Shown: positions 10,898-20,576 of the stretch, piece by piece
How the letters are laid out: the number at the start of each line of letters is the position of its first letter
Numbering within the stretch: position 1 is the first letter of the stretch
Assembly (NCBI GenBank): GCA_965279525.1
Contig: CBDIIB010000003.1
Span: 160,001-224,000 of the forward strand
Length of the DNA: 64,000 bases
Source: Tagaea sp.
GTDB taxonomy: Bacteria > Pseudomonadota > Alphaproteobacteria > CACIAM-22H2
Direction: 5' to 3'
Made by a program: the position numbers and the translations under genes
The notes under the pieces: generated by a model
The model's input: only the letters and a program-made list of their open reading frames with translations
Told to the model about the DNA's origin: nothing
Databases searched by the model: none

Positions 10898-10986
10898 TCC
10901 CCAAGGATTCGTCGGAGCGACCTATGACAGCACTTCGAACATAAATCTTAGTGGGCCGTAAGACCAGCGAGCCCGAAGGTAAGATT

Positions 10987-12183
10987 ATGCAAACAAAGCC
11001 CGGCCCACTTTCAGGAATTCGTGTGCTCGATGCGGCTACTTTCTTGGCTGCGCCCTATGCTGCGTCGCAGCTATCTGAGTACGGAGCCGAAGTTATCAAG
11101 ATCGAACAACCTTCGGGCGACCATATGCGGGAGATTGGCCCCTTCCGCGGCGAAGTTTCCCTGTGGTGGAAGGTCATCGCACGCAATCGCCAGAGCGTCA
11201 CACTGGATCTGAATGCTGAAGATGGTCGGGCAGTGTTCAAGAAACTTGCAGCCAAGTGCGACGTCGTCATCATGAACTATCGGCCTGATGCGTTGAAGAA
11301 GTGGGGGCTCGAGTTTCAGGATCTTGTTCGATGCCGCAGCGACATCGTGTATTTCCACCTGACCGCATTCGGCGCCGGACCATATGCCCAGAGGCCGGGT
11401 TTCGCACGTGTCGCCGAAGCGTATGCAGGACTTACGAACAGAACGGGCTTCCCCGGGCAGCCGCCGGTGCAGTCTGGCTATGCGATGCTCGGTGATGGGA
11501 TTGCCGGGATCTATGGTGCATTCGCCATCATGCTGGCGCTTCGGCAGCGGGACTTGACGGGCGAACCGCAAATGATCGACCTCGGACTTTACGAACCCTT
11601 GTTGAGTCTCATCGAAGACCAGATCATCGCCTACGATGAGACAGGGTCGCGGTTGGAACGGTTGGGCAATGCCAGCCCACGATGGTCACCGCATGGGCTG
11701 TTCCCGACGAAGGACAGGATGTTTGCAATCATCGCCTGTTCGACGGAAAAGCTGTGGCGGCAACTGCGCTCTGCAATGGGCGATGAGTCACTTGCGGTCT
11801 ATGACAATGACAATCGCGCGCGCGTCGCTAACCGCGCGAAGCTCGAGGCCCAAGTGAGCCGCTGGACGGAAAGTTACGAGTTGCGCGAGCTTCTTGAGAT
11901 TTGTGGAAAGGCCGGCTTGGCTGTTGGCCCCATCTATTCACCCGCCGAGATCGTGACTGACCCGCATATTATCGCCCGGAAATCAGTCATCTCTCTGGAT
12001 GATGCGGAAACCGGAAAGCCGGTCCGCATGGCGTCGCCGGCCGGCAGGTTCTCGGGCTTCAAGGGCGAGGTGCGCAATCTCGGCCCACTCCTGGGCGAAC
12101 ATACCGACACAGTCCTCACGGAGTTGCTGAACTATTCACCGGAACAGATAGAGGCGTTGCGGAAGCACGGCGTCATCAAGTAG
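10987..12183 (+). CDS. CaiB/BaiF family III CoA-transferase
   Basis: PLSGIRVLD, GAEVIKIEQP, RNRQSVTLDL, RPGFARVAEAYAG. Confidence 0.93.
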   Translation: MQTKPGPLSGIRVLDAATFLAAPYAASQLSEYGAEVIKIEQPSGDHMREIGPFRGEVSLWWKVIARNRQSVTLDLNAEDGRAVFKKLAAKCDVVIMNYRPDALKKWGLEFQDLVRCRSDIVYFHLTAFGAGPYAQRPGFARVAEAYAGLTNRTGFPGQPPVQSGYAMLGDGIAGIYGAFAIMLALRQRDLTGEPQMIDLGLYEPLLSLIEDQIIAYDETGSRLERLGNASPRWSPHGLFPTKDRMFAIIACSTEKLWRQLRSAMGDESLAVYDNDNRARVANRAKLEAQVSRWTESYELRELLEICGKAGLAVGPIYSPAEIVTDPHIIARKSVISLDDAETGKPVRMASPAGRFSGFKGEVRNLGPLLGEHTDTVLTELLNYSPEQIEALRKHGVIK

Positions 12184-12206
12184 CAGATGATTGTCGCGAG
12201 GAATTC

Positions 12207-13400
12207 ATGTCCGAGTTGAAGGGGCACTGTCATCCGCAGTTCCAGCGTGTCTATGACGCGTTGGCATCCAATATCCATGCGGGCAAAGAGGTCGGGGCCA
12301 GCCTCTACGTCAATATCGACGGCGAGGACGTCATCGATATCTGGGGTGGTTGGCGCGACAGGGAGCGGACTGTCCTCTGGAGTGAAGACACCATCGTGAG
12401 TGTCTTCTCGGCCAGCAAGACGGTGACCAGCCTTGCCGTCCTCATGCTCGTCGATAGGGGCCAGATTGATCTCTTTGCGCCTGTTGCCAGGTACTGGCCG
12501 GAATTTTCTCAGAACGGCAAAGATAAAGTCGAAGTGCGCCACCTGCTCAGCCATACGGCCGGCCTGCCGGCGTGGGAGCCGCCGTTCAGCCTGGTACATG
12601 CCATGGACATTGAGGGTTCAACGGCGAGCCTTGCGGCTCAGGCGCCTTGGTGGGAGCCGGGAACGCGTGGTTCGTATCACGCCAGCACATTCGGCCATCT
12701 CAATGCAGAACTGGTTCGCCGGGTGACCGGAACAACTCTCAGCCAGTTCATTGCCACGGAGATTTCCCGTCCGCTTGACGCCGATTTCTATCTTGGCGTT
12801 CCCGAAGCCGAGTTCGGCAGAGTGGCGATCATCTATCCGGCCGAAGACGAAGACAGTTCTGCCAAGCCCAAGACCGCACCGTCTCCAAATGACGAACTGG
12901 CAGTTGAACGGGCAATTTCGGCTAGAACCCGTCTGGGCTCATTCTCCGGCACCAAGCGTGACCCACAAGTACTGTTCAATTCCCCTGAGTGGCGTCGCAC
13001 CGAGTTCGGCGGCAGCAGCGGCCACGCGAACGCCCGGGGCCTAGGGCGAATCATCTCGGCGCTGACGCACGGTGGCGTCTCGCGGGGGGTGAAGCTTCTT
13101 TCGGCGAGCACGATCGAATTGATCTTCCGAGAGCAGGCCAGCGGTATCGACGCCTACTATATGAAGCCTATCCGCTGGGGCATTGGTTATGCGCTGGCCT
13201 CAGAGGAAAGCAATGTTCGTGGACCTCTCCCGTTCCTTCAGCCCAGCAAGAAGACCTGCTTCTGGTATGGCACCGGCGGCTCGCTTGCCATAGCCGATGT
13301 CGAGCGGCGTATCGCCTTTTCGTACGCCATGAACCAATGCCAGTCAGGCAGAAGTTCACTAAACGGGGTCTATTACAAAACCCTGTACGCGTGCCTTTGA
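12207..13400 (+). CDS. serine hydrolase (family VIII esterase, beta-lactamase fold)
   Basis: FSASKT (SxxK), LLSHTAGL, WEPGTRGSYH; no signal peptide. Confidence 0.9.
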   Translation: MSELKGHCHPQFQRVYDALASNIHAGKEVGASLYVNIDGEDVIDIWGGWRDRERTVLWSEDTIVSVFSASKTVTSLAVLMLVDRGQIDLFAPVARYWPEFSQNGKDKVEVRHLLSHTAGLPAWEPPFSLVHAMDIEGSTASLAAQAPWWEPGTRGSYHASTFGHLNAELVRRVTGTTLSQFIATEISRPLDADFYLGVPEAEFGRVAIIYPAEDEDSSAKPKTAPSPNDELAVERAISARTRLGSFSGTKRDPQVLFNSPEWRRTEFGGSSGHANARGLGRIISALTHGGVSRGVKLLSASTIELIFREQASGIDAYYMKPIRWGIGYALASEESNVRGPLPFLQPSKKTCFWYGTGGSLAIADVERRIAFSYAMNQCQSGRSSLNGVYYKTLYACL

Positions 13401-13430
13401 GTTCTGTCGAAAGTCGAACGGACTGACCTG

Positions 13431-13892
13431 ATGTACATTGACCGCGACAAGGCCTTGAAGCACCCAATCGCTCCCATGCCGTTCGACGTCGAGCGTGGCC
13501 GGTTGCGCTTCTTTGCCCGGACGATCGGCCTGACAGATCCAATCTATTTTGATCTCGATGCCGCCAGGCGAGCAGGGCACCGCGATCTGCCAGTACCGCC
13601 TACCTTCCTTGGAAATTCGCTCGAATTGGAACTTCCAAACCCGCTCGGATGGCTCGCCGAGCTTGGTGCCGATCTGACAAAGACGACCCACGCCGAGCAG
13701 ACATTCACCTACCACGCGATGGCGTATGCGACCGACCGCCTGGTCCTTCGTCGGAGGATTGTCGACGTCTATACAAAGAAGGGCGGTACCCTGGAGTTCG
13801 TAGTCAAGAAAACCGATGTCATGCGAAGCGATCAAACCTTGGCCGAAATATTGTTTGTGATCGCGCTTCGGCACCCGGAGGTCACGGCATGA
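13431..13892 (+). CDS. MaoC-like dehydratase N-terminal half (HadA-like)
   Basis: VERGRLRFFARTIG..DPIYFD, VPPTF, HAEQTFTYH. Confidence 0.85.
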   Translation: MYIDRDKALKHPIAPMPFDVERGRLRFFARTIGLTDPIYFDLDAARRAGHRDLPVPPTFLGNSLELELPNPLGWLAELGADLTKTTHAEQTFTYHAMAYATDRLVLRRRIVDVYTKKGGTLEFVVKKTDVMRSDQTLAEILFVIALRHPEVTA

Positions 13893-14287
13893 CCGCTCCA
13901 GGTGTCTTCGTGGGTTTGGAACTGCCGCCGCTGCAGATCGAGCCGATATCCAGAAAAACGCTCGCCCTCTTTGCCGGCGCGTCTGGCGATCATCAACCGA
14001 CGCATATCGATATTGACGCTGCTAAGGCCAAGGGTCGTGACGACGTGATCGCCCACGGCATGCTTATGATGGCGTATCTCGGACGGATGCTGACGGACTG
14101 GGTGCCGCAGGAGAAGATCCGGTCCTACACGGCCCGATTTGTCGCGATCACCCCTGTATCCGCTCAACCGACCTGCACCGGGCGAATCATTGCAATCAAG
14201 GACGGGCTTGCGACTATCGAGCTCGCGATCAATCTGGCCAATGGAACGACCGTGGTGCGAGGCGAAGCAGTCATCGATATCTGCTGA
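13889..14287 (+). CDS. MaoC family dehydratase (HadB-like)
   Basis: FAGASGDHQPTHID, IAHGML; ATGA overlap with the upstream gene. Confidence 0.88.
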   Translation: MTAPGVFVGLELPPLQIEPISRKTLALFAGASGDHQPTHIDIDAAKAKGRDDVIAHGMLMMAYLGRMLTDWVPQEKIRSYTARFVAITPVSAQPTCTGRIIAIKDGLATIELAINLANGTTVVRGEAVIDIC

Positions 14288-14333
14288 GCGTCGCTCACAG
14301 TCACCGAGTCAAATTCTCATCACGGAGCTGCCT

Positions 14334-15272
14334 ATGGCCGAAGCATTGAAAAAAGTAATTATCACCTGTGCGGTCACGGGCGGCATCCATACGCCAACCA
14401 TGTCAGACGCGCTTCCGGTGACCCCTGATGAAATCGCTGCTCAGTCGATCGCTGCGGCGGAAGCAGGGGCGTCCATTCTCCATTTACACGCGCGAGATCC
14501 CAAGGACGGAAGGCCAACCCCAGACCCCGCCGTTTTTATGCAATTTCTGCCGCGGATCAAGCAAGCAACTGACGCAGTGATCAACGTTACCACGGGGGGC
14601 GGGTTGAATATGACCGTTGAGCAGCGGCTGGCGGCACCGTTGCTTGCGAAACCCGAGATGTGCTCGCTCAATATGGGCTCGATGAATTTCGGAATCTATC
14701 CGCTCGCCGATCGCTATTCCTCGTGGAAGCATGATTGGGAGGAGCCGTATCTCCGAAATACGGATGACTTCATCTTTCGCAATACGTTCCGGGACATCGA
14801 GCGCATCTTAAAGTTACTCGGTGAGGAGCACGGAACGCGCTTCGAGCATGAATGCTACGACGTCGGACATCTCTACAATCTGGCTCATTTTGTTGACCGC
14901 GGCGCAGTCAAACCGCCTTTCTTTGTCCAGATGATTTTCGGCATCCTGGGCGGCATCGGGCCGCATATGGACAACTTGATGTTCATGAAGCAAAAGGCCG
15001 ATCAGCTTTTTGGCAGCGACTACCAGTGGTCCGTATTGGCCGCTGGCCGGTTTCAGATGCCATTCGCCACCCAGGCGGCAATGTTAGGCGGTTCTGTGCG
15101 CGTGGGACTGGAGGATTCGCTCTACATCGGTCGCGGAAAGCTCGCCGCATCCAATGCAGAGCAAGTCACGAAGATCCGCACCATACTGACCGAACTGGGT
15201 CATGAGATTGCGACCCCAGCGGAAGCGCGGCGAATGCTCGGACTTAAGGGCGGCGACAGGGTCGGTTTCTAG
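14334..15272 (+). CDS. beta-keto acid cleavage enzyme (BKACE, DUF849, Kce family)
   Basis: IITCAVTGGIHTP, HLHARDP, PEMCSLNMGSMNFG, ECYDVGH, RVGLEDSL. Confidence 0.93.
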   Translation: MAEALKKVIITCAVTGGIHTPTMSDALPVTPDEIAAQSIAAAEAGASILHLHARDPKDGRPTPDPAVFMQFLPRIKQATDAVINVTTGGGLNMTVEQRLAAPLLAKPEMCSLNMGSMNFGIYPLADRYSSWKHDWEEPYLRNTDDFIFRNTFRDIERILKLLGEEHGTRFEHECYDVGHLYNLAHFVDRGAVKPPFFVQMIFGILGGIGPHMDNLMFMKQKADQLFGSDYQWSVLAAGRFQMPFATQAAMLGGSVRVGLEDSLYIGRGKLAASNAEQVTKIRTILTELGHEIATPAEARRMLGLKGGDRVGF

Positions 15273-15292
15273 GTACGGGAGAGGGATCGATC

Positions 15293-16675
15293 GTGAGCGC
15301 TAAATCGGAGTCAACTCCCAGCAAGCAGACGCGGCGCGAGACTACGCGAGCGGTCGCGAGCTTTGCCGCGGACTCGAAGTTCGCCTCTCTGCCAGAAAAT
15401 GTGAAAGCCGAAGCAGCGCGCGGCTTCATGAACTGGCTCGGCTGCGCGTTGGGAGGGTGTCAGGAGCCGGCTGTGGGAATTGCCGCAGCGATGATGGCCG
15501 AGACGGGAGGCAAGCCGCAGGCGTCGATCATTGGTCATGGGCAGTGCACCGATGTTGCTGGTGCTGCATTCGTGAATTGCATCAGTTCGAGTATTCTCGC
15601 GTTCGACGATGCCCACTTGCCGACCGTGACACATCCAACGGGTCCGGTGGCATCGTCGCTATTCGCCTTGAGCGAGACGCTTGCTACGTCAGGGGAGGAC
15701 TTCCTCAACGCCTTTGCTGTGGGCGTCGAAGTCACATGCCGACTGAGTAACGTGCTGCTGCTTCCGCCCTCCAGGTTCAACCTTGGTTTCTATGTTACCG
15801 GGCTGACTGCCCCGATCGGCGTCGCCGTAGCGGTCGGGCGCCTGCTCAAGCTCGATGAGCAGCGTATGAGCTGGGCGATTGGCCTTGCAGCCTCTCAATC
15901 CTCCGGCTTCCGCTCGACACATGGGACGATGACCGCACACTTCCGTCCAGGACATGCCACGCGAGCGGGCGTATGGGCCGCGCTGTTGGCTGCCAAAGGG
16001 TTTACTTCGTCGGAGGATGCCTTGGAGGCCGAGAAAGGCTTCTTTGACGTGTTTTCGGCCGGAGCGGATCTCGGGCACGCGGTGGATGGTCTTGGTCAGC
16101 GTTACGAGCTGCTCCTGAACGCGTACAAACCCTATCCGTGTGGAATCGTAATCCATCCGACCATTGATGCATGTCTTGAGCTCAGGCAACAGCTCAGCCC
16201 GGCTTCCAATCTGAAAAGGGTTTCGATCAGAGTTCACCCTATGGCGCTAAGCCTCACCGGGATTCGAACACCAACTGACACTTTGGAATGTCACATAAGC
16301 ATTTTCCACTGGGTGGCTGTGTCACTCCTGCGCGGTCATGCGGGATTGGCCGAGACCACGCAGGAGTGCATTGATGATCCTCAAGTTTCTGCGCTGCGTC
16401 TGCTCGTCGACGCAACTCCGGATCCGGCACTCAAGAAAGGCGAGTCGATCGTAGAGGTCACGCGATCCGATGGCGTTGTCGTTAGAGAGCATGTCGTAAA
16501 TGCGCGCGGCAGTATCGAGAGGCCGATGTCCGACACTGAGTTGAACGCTAAGTTCAGGGAGCAGTCGAATCTTGTCCTCTCAGCCCATGCCACGGAAGAT
16601 CTGCTGTTAGCATCGAGAGGCGCAGCCGCACTGAGCGACGTCGGCAGAGAGATCGCAGCCATCTTGCATAAGTGA
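15293..16675 (+). CDS. MmgE/PrpD family protein
   Basis: FDDAH...HP, KPYPCGIVIHPTID, RGSIERPMS. Confidence 0.92.
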   Translation: MSAKSESTPSKQTRRETTRAVASFAADSKFASLPENVKAEAARGFMNWLGCALGGCQEPAVGIAAAMMAETGGKPQASIIGHGQCTDVAGAAFVNCISSSILAFDDAHLPTVTHPTGPVASSLFALSETLATSGEDFLNAFAVGVEVTCRLSNVLLLPPSRFNLGFYVTGLTAPIGVAVAVGRLLKLDEQRMSWAIGLAASQSSGFRSTHGTMTAHFRPGHATRAGVWAALLAAKGFTSSEDALEAEKGFFDVFSAGADLGHAVDGLGQRYELLLNAYKPYPCGIVIHPTIDACLELRQQLSPASNLKRVSIRVHPMALSLTGIRTPTDTLECHISIFHWVAVSLLRGHAGLAETTQECIDDPQVSALRLLVDATPDPALKKGESIVEVTRSDGVVVREHVVNARGSIERPMSDTELNAKFREQSNLVLSAHATEDLLLASRGAAALSDVGREIAAILHK

Positions 16676-16745
16676 TCAGTTTTCGGGTTTAGTCGGTGTC
16701 AAAATATTATGTAATTTCATTGTGATAGAGGTCGTTTTAGTTATT

Positions 16746-16786
16746 TGGTCTGATATTATTGCCTTGACAGAATAATGGTATGACAT
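16746..16786 (+). promoter_or_regulatory. AT-rich promoter region with TTGACA and two GntR-like boxes
   Basis: TGGTCTGATAT 16746-56, TTGACA 16764-69, TGGTATGACAT 16776-86. Confidence 0.45.
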
Positions 16787-16867
16787 TTTACTCGACAGTC
16801 TAAAACAATAGCGCTTCCACGTCGGTCCTGCGCCGATAAGTGGTCAAAGCGCGAAAGGTCCAGGGAG

Positions 16868-17731
16868 ATGATTGCGCAGCGCCCGACGGCAGATCCGGTA
16901 ACTGAAAAAGGCGATCGCGTTCGCGGCAAGGTCGCGATCGTTACCGGCGCAGGCTCAACAGCCCCAGGCATCGGCAACGGGCGAGGGGCTGCGCTATTGC
17001 TGGCGCGTCATGGTGCCAAGGTTGGCCTCATCGACTCTGACGAAGCCTCCGTCAATGAAACCGCGCAGATGGTCGCGGACGACGGTGGAGAAGCGCTCGT
17101 TATTCGTGCCGACGTGACCAATGTCGATGACTGTCAGAAAGCAGTGAGCGCTACCGTTGAGCGCTTCGGCGGCCTCGACATTTTAGTCAACAATGTTGGT
17201 ACCAGTAAGGTTCGCGGCAACGCAGTGGATATCGATCTGGACGAATGGGACCGCGGCATGCAGGTCAACGTCAAGTCGATGGTGATGATGGTCCGCTTCG
17301 CTGTTCCCGAGATGAAAAAGCGAGGTGGCGGCTCGATTATCAACATCTCTTCCATTACGGCATTGCATGGCGGGCACCCCAATCTGCTGTATCCGACATC
17401 GAAGGCCGCTGTAGTGCATCTGACCCGCACAATGGCCGGCCATCATGGCCCGGATGGTATCCGGGTGAACTGTGTGGCGCCGGGTTTTGTCTATACGCCG
17501 GTCGTCTATGGCCGCGGCCTAGAGGAAGGCGTGCGCGAAATGCGCCGGGATGCTTCGGCGCTTAAGACGGAGGGAACGGGATGGGATGTCGCTTACGGCA
17601 TTCTGTATCTCGCAAGTGATGAGGCGCGTTGGATTACGGGTGTCCTTCTTCCGATTGATGCCGGTGTGAGCTCCATCTCGCCCCATTTTCAGACGAGCGC
17701 CCGACGGCTTGACTGGAAGGCAAAGGCGTAG
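16868..17731 (+). CDS. SDR family oxidoreductase
   Basis: TGAGS..PGIGNG, NNVG, YPTSK, IRVNCVAPG. Confidence 0.93.
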   Translation: MIAQRPTADPVTEKGDRVRGKVAIVTGAGSTAPGIGNGRGAALLLARHGAKVGLIDSDEASVNETAQMVADDGGEALVIRADVTNVDDCQKAVSATVERFGGLDILVNNVGTSKVRGNAVDIDLDEWDRGMQVNVKSMVMMVRFAVPEMKKRGGGSIINISSITALHGGHPNLLYPTSKAAVVHLTRTMAGHHGPDGIRVNCVAPGFVYTPVVYGRGLEEGVREMRRDASALKTEGTGWDVAYGILYLASDEARWITGVLLPIDAGVSSISPHFQTSARRLDWKAKA

Positions 17732-17829
17732 ATGGGTCGCCCGAAGACTCAGCGGGTCGCAGGCCGACAGCGCCGCGTGTTCGAAGAGCGGATCGTCTCT
17801 GCGTTCCGATCTGTTCACGGGAGAACGTC

Positions 17830-18639
17830 ATGAATCTTGTTTCAAGCGATTTACTAGGCGCGAAGAACGCGATGCAGAACGTCAACCCCAAAAACGAGAT
17901 CGATTTCGATCAGGCGGTCGTTCGATTTGGAAATCTCACGGCGATGGGGCCGACGACCCTTTCGGTCAAGCGCGGAGAATTTCTCGCAATTGTCGGACCA
18001 AGCGGCTGTGGAAAATCGACGCTGCTGAATTTGGTTGCCGGCACTCTTAATCCCTCATCGGGCTCAGTGCTATATCGGGGCGCGCCGGTCAACGGGCCGA
18101 ACCGTGACGTCGGCTATATCACGCAGAAAAACTACTGTCTGCCCTGGCGAACCGTAGAGCAGAACATTGCTCTACCTCTCGAGTTGCGTGACTTTTCTAA
18201 GAGCGAGATCGCTGACCGAGTCTCTGCAGCGATAAAGAAGATCGGGCTTAGCGGTTTCGAACGATCCTATCCGCGGCAGCTCTCTGGCGGAATGCTCCAG
18301 CGGGTTCTCATTGCTCGCACCCTGGCCTATCAACCGACTACATATCTAATGGATGAGCCATTTGGCAGTCTGGATGCACAGTTGCGACTGCGCATGCACA
18401 ACGATCTGCTCGATTTGTGGGCCGAGTCTGGCGCCACTTTCGTGTTTGTCACACACGATCTTCATGAGGCAATCACTCTGGCGGACCGTGTCGTCGTAAT
18501 GTCGCATCGTCCCGGAACACCAAAGCTCGTCCTCGATATCGACCTCAAGCGGCCTCGTGATGTCGTTCACGTGCAAGCCAATCCGGCTTTTGGCCGATAC
18601 TTCACCCAATTGTGGGAAGCCTTGGATGTCCAGATCTAG
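17830..18639 (+). CDS. NitT/TauT-type ABC transporter ATP-binding protein
   Basis: GPSGCGKST, LSGGMLQR, MDEPFGSLDAQ, VTHD. Confidence 0.95.
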   Translation: MNLVSSDLLGAKNAMQNVNPKNEIDFDQAVVRFGNLTAMGPTTLSVKRGEFLAIVGPSGCGKSTLLNLVAGTLNPSSGSVLYRGAPVNGPNRDVGYITQKNYCLPWRTVEQNIALPLELRDFSKSEIADRVSAAIKKIGLSGFERSYPRQLSGGMLQRVLIARTLAYQPTTYLMDEPFGSLDAQLRLRMHNDLLDLWAESGATFVFVTHDLHEAITLADRVVVMSHRPGTPKLVLDIDLKRPRDVVHVQANPAFGRYFTQLWEALDVQI

Positions 18640-18659
18640 CCATCAAGGAGTATCTCGCC

Positions 18660-19532
18660 GTGGATAGCTCAAGAGCATTACCGGCCGAGGCTGCCTTGGT
18701 CTCGAATGAGACGAGTCCGCAATCAGGCGGCCGTAAGTCGGCAATGCGGCGGTCGCTCGCAAATGGCCGACTGCTTGTCTACCAGGTGCTGTTGCTGCTA
18801 GCGATGATGCTGCTCTGGGAATTCAATTCTTATCATTTCGATCTGGAGTTCTGGGTCAGCAGCCCGAGCGCCATCCTTCGCAGCCTCGTCAAATGGCACG
18901 CTACGGGATTGCTGTGGAGCGATCTGCAGATCACGCTTCTGGAAGCATCAGTAGGTTTCCTCGTGGGAGCCTTTGTAGGCGCGGTTTTAGGGTTCCTGTT
19001 GGGTTGGGTTCGGCTGCTTGGCGATCTTTTGGAGCCGTTCGCGCTGTCGCTCTATACGGTGCCCAAGATCGCATTGGCGCCTCTCTTTATCCTGTGGTTT
19101 GGAATTGGCCCGATCAACAAGATGATGTTCTCCGCCATGCTTGTCGCCATGATGGTCTTCATCACCACATTCCAGGGTGTCAGGCAGGTCGATCGAGATC
19201 TGGTGGCGAATGTTGTACTTCTCGGTGCCAGACCTTTCCAGACTTGGACTAAGATTGCGATCCCGTACGCGGCTGTCTGGATTTTTACCGGACTTCGCAT
19301 CGGGCTGCCATACGCCCTGATCGGTGCGATCGTCGGCGAATTCATCGCGGCGGACCGTGGTGTCGGCTACCGAATCAAGGAAGCCACATCGTTCTTCGAC
19401 ACGTCAGCGGTCTTTGCCGGAATTCTTGTGCTTATGTTCATCAGTACGATGCTCCTGATGTGCCTGCGTCTTGTGGAGCGTCATGTGCTCCGCTGGCAAA
19501 CGTTGGACCTTTCGGCAACGCGCCGGGAATAG
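18660..19532 (+). CDS. NitT/TauT-type ABC transporter permease
   Basis: VPKIALAPLFILWFGIG, GAIVGEF; GTG 18660 after AAGGAG. Confidence 0.92.
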   Translation: MDSSRALPAEAALVSNETSPQSGGRKSAMRRSLANGRLLVYQVLLLLAMMLLWEFNSYHFDLEFWVSSPSAILRSLVKWHATGLLWSDLQITLLEASVGFLVGAFVGAVLGFLLGWVRLLGDLLEPFALSLYTVPKIALAPLFILWFGIGPINKMMFSAMLVAMMVFITTFQGVRQVDRDLVANVVLLGARPFQTWTKIAIPYAAVWIFTGLRIGLPYALIGAIVGEFIAADRGVGYRIKEATSFFDTSAVFAGILVLMFISTMLLMCLRLVERHVLRWQTLDLSATRRE

Positions 19533-19535
19533 GGA

Positions 19536-20561
19536 ATGCGCGCCGCACAGCTCACGATTCGGGAGCAGGGCAGCTTCGCAGTCGGCGGCGCCGTGGTGAA
19601 GAATCCAGGCCGTTACGACCCAACGAAATTAAGCCCGGATGGACAGACGCTGCATGGAGACCATGCCTATGTTTTCTATCAGGTCCCCGTGGCGGCCCGG
19701 AAATTCCCCCTGGTGCTCCTTCATGGAAATTCGCAGTTCTCGAAGACTTGGGAAACCACCCCGGACGGCCGCGAGGGGTATCAGAACATCTTTTTGCGAC
19801 GCGGCTTCAGCGTTTACCTAGTCGACCATCCGCGACGGGGAAACGCCGGGCGCAGCACGCTTCCGGCGACGCTGACTGCTACACCCGAAGATCAAATCTG
19901 GTTCGACAGGTTCCGGGTGGGCGTATGGCCCGAGTTCTTTTCTGGGGTGCAGTTCTCCGGAACACCGGAGACCCTGAATCAATACTTCCGGCAGATCACG
20001 CCAGATACCGGCCCCTTCGATGTGCAAGTGGCATCGGATGCCGTCGCTGCCCTTTTTGACAAAATCGGACCTGCCGTTCTGGTAAGTCATTCGCAAGGTG
20101 GGGGCGTCGGTTGGTTTTCGGCAATCAAGAGCGCGAGCATCCGCGCAATCGTATGTTACGAGCCGGGAAGCAATTTTCCCTTCCCGCCGGGTGAAGTGCC
20201 CCTGCCGATGCCTAGCGCCGGCGGGACACTCGCGGCCGTTGGCGTGCCGATGTCGGACTTCAAGCGGATCACAAGGATTCCGATCGTCATCTTCTACGGC
20301 GACAATATTCCAGAGCAACCGGTGGCGAACGTCGGTCAGGACCAATGGCGCGTACGTCTGGCGATGACCAGGCTGTGGGTTCAAGCCGTGAATCGCCATG
20401 GTGGTGATGCCGCCCTTGTCTGTCTGCCGGAGATCGGCATTCGAGGAAATACCCACTTTCCCTTCTCCGATCTCAACAATGTCGAGATTGCAGACGAGAT
20501 GTCAAAATTCCTGAGTGCAAAGAAGCTGGATGTGTTTTGCGATACTCAACAACAAACATAA
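19536..20561 (+). CDS. alpha/beta fold hydrolase
   Basis: EQGSFAVGG, WETTPDGREG, SHSQGG elbow, GNTHFPFSDLNN. Confidence 0.88.
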   Translation: MRAAQLTIREQGSFAVGGAVVKNPGRYDPTKLSPDGQTLHGDHAYVFYQVPVAARKFPLVLLHGNSQFSKTWETTPDGREGYQNIFLRRGFSVYLVDHPRRGNAGRSTLPATLTATPEDQIWFDRFRVGVWPEFFSGVQFSGTPETLNQYFRQITPDTGPFDVQVASDAVAALFDKIGPAVLVSHSQGGGVGWFSAIKSASIRAIVCYEPGSNFPFPPGEVPLPMPSAGGTLAAVGVPMSDFKRITRIPIVIFYGDNIPEQPVANVGQDQWRVRLAMTRLWVQAVNRHGGDAALVCLPEIGIRGNTHFPFSDLNNVEIADEMSKFLSAKKLDVFCDTQQQT

Positions 20562-20576
20562 AACACGGAGGAGAAA

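Noticed and set aside
12207-13400. Beta-lactamase resistance gene
   Set aside because: No signal peptide, family VIII esterase-type motifs and a catabolic operon context.
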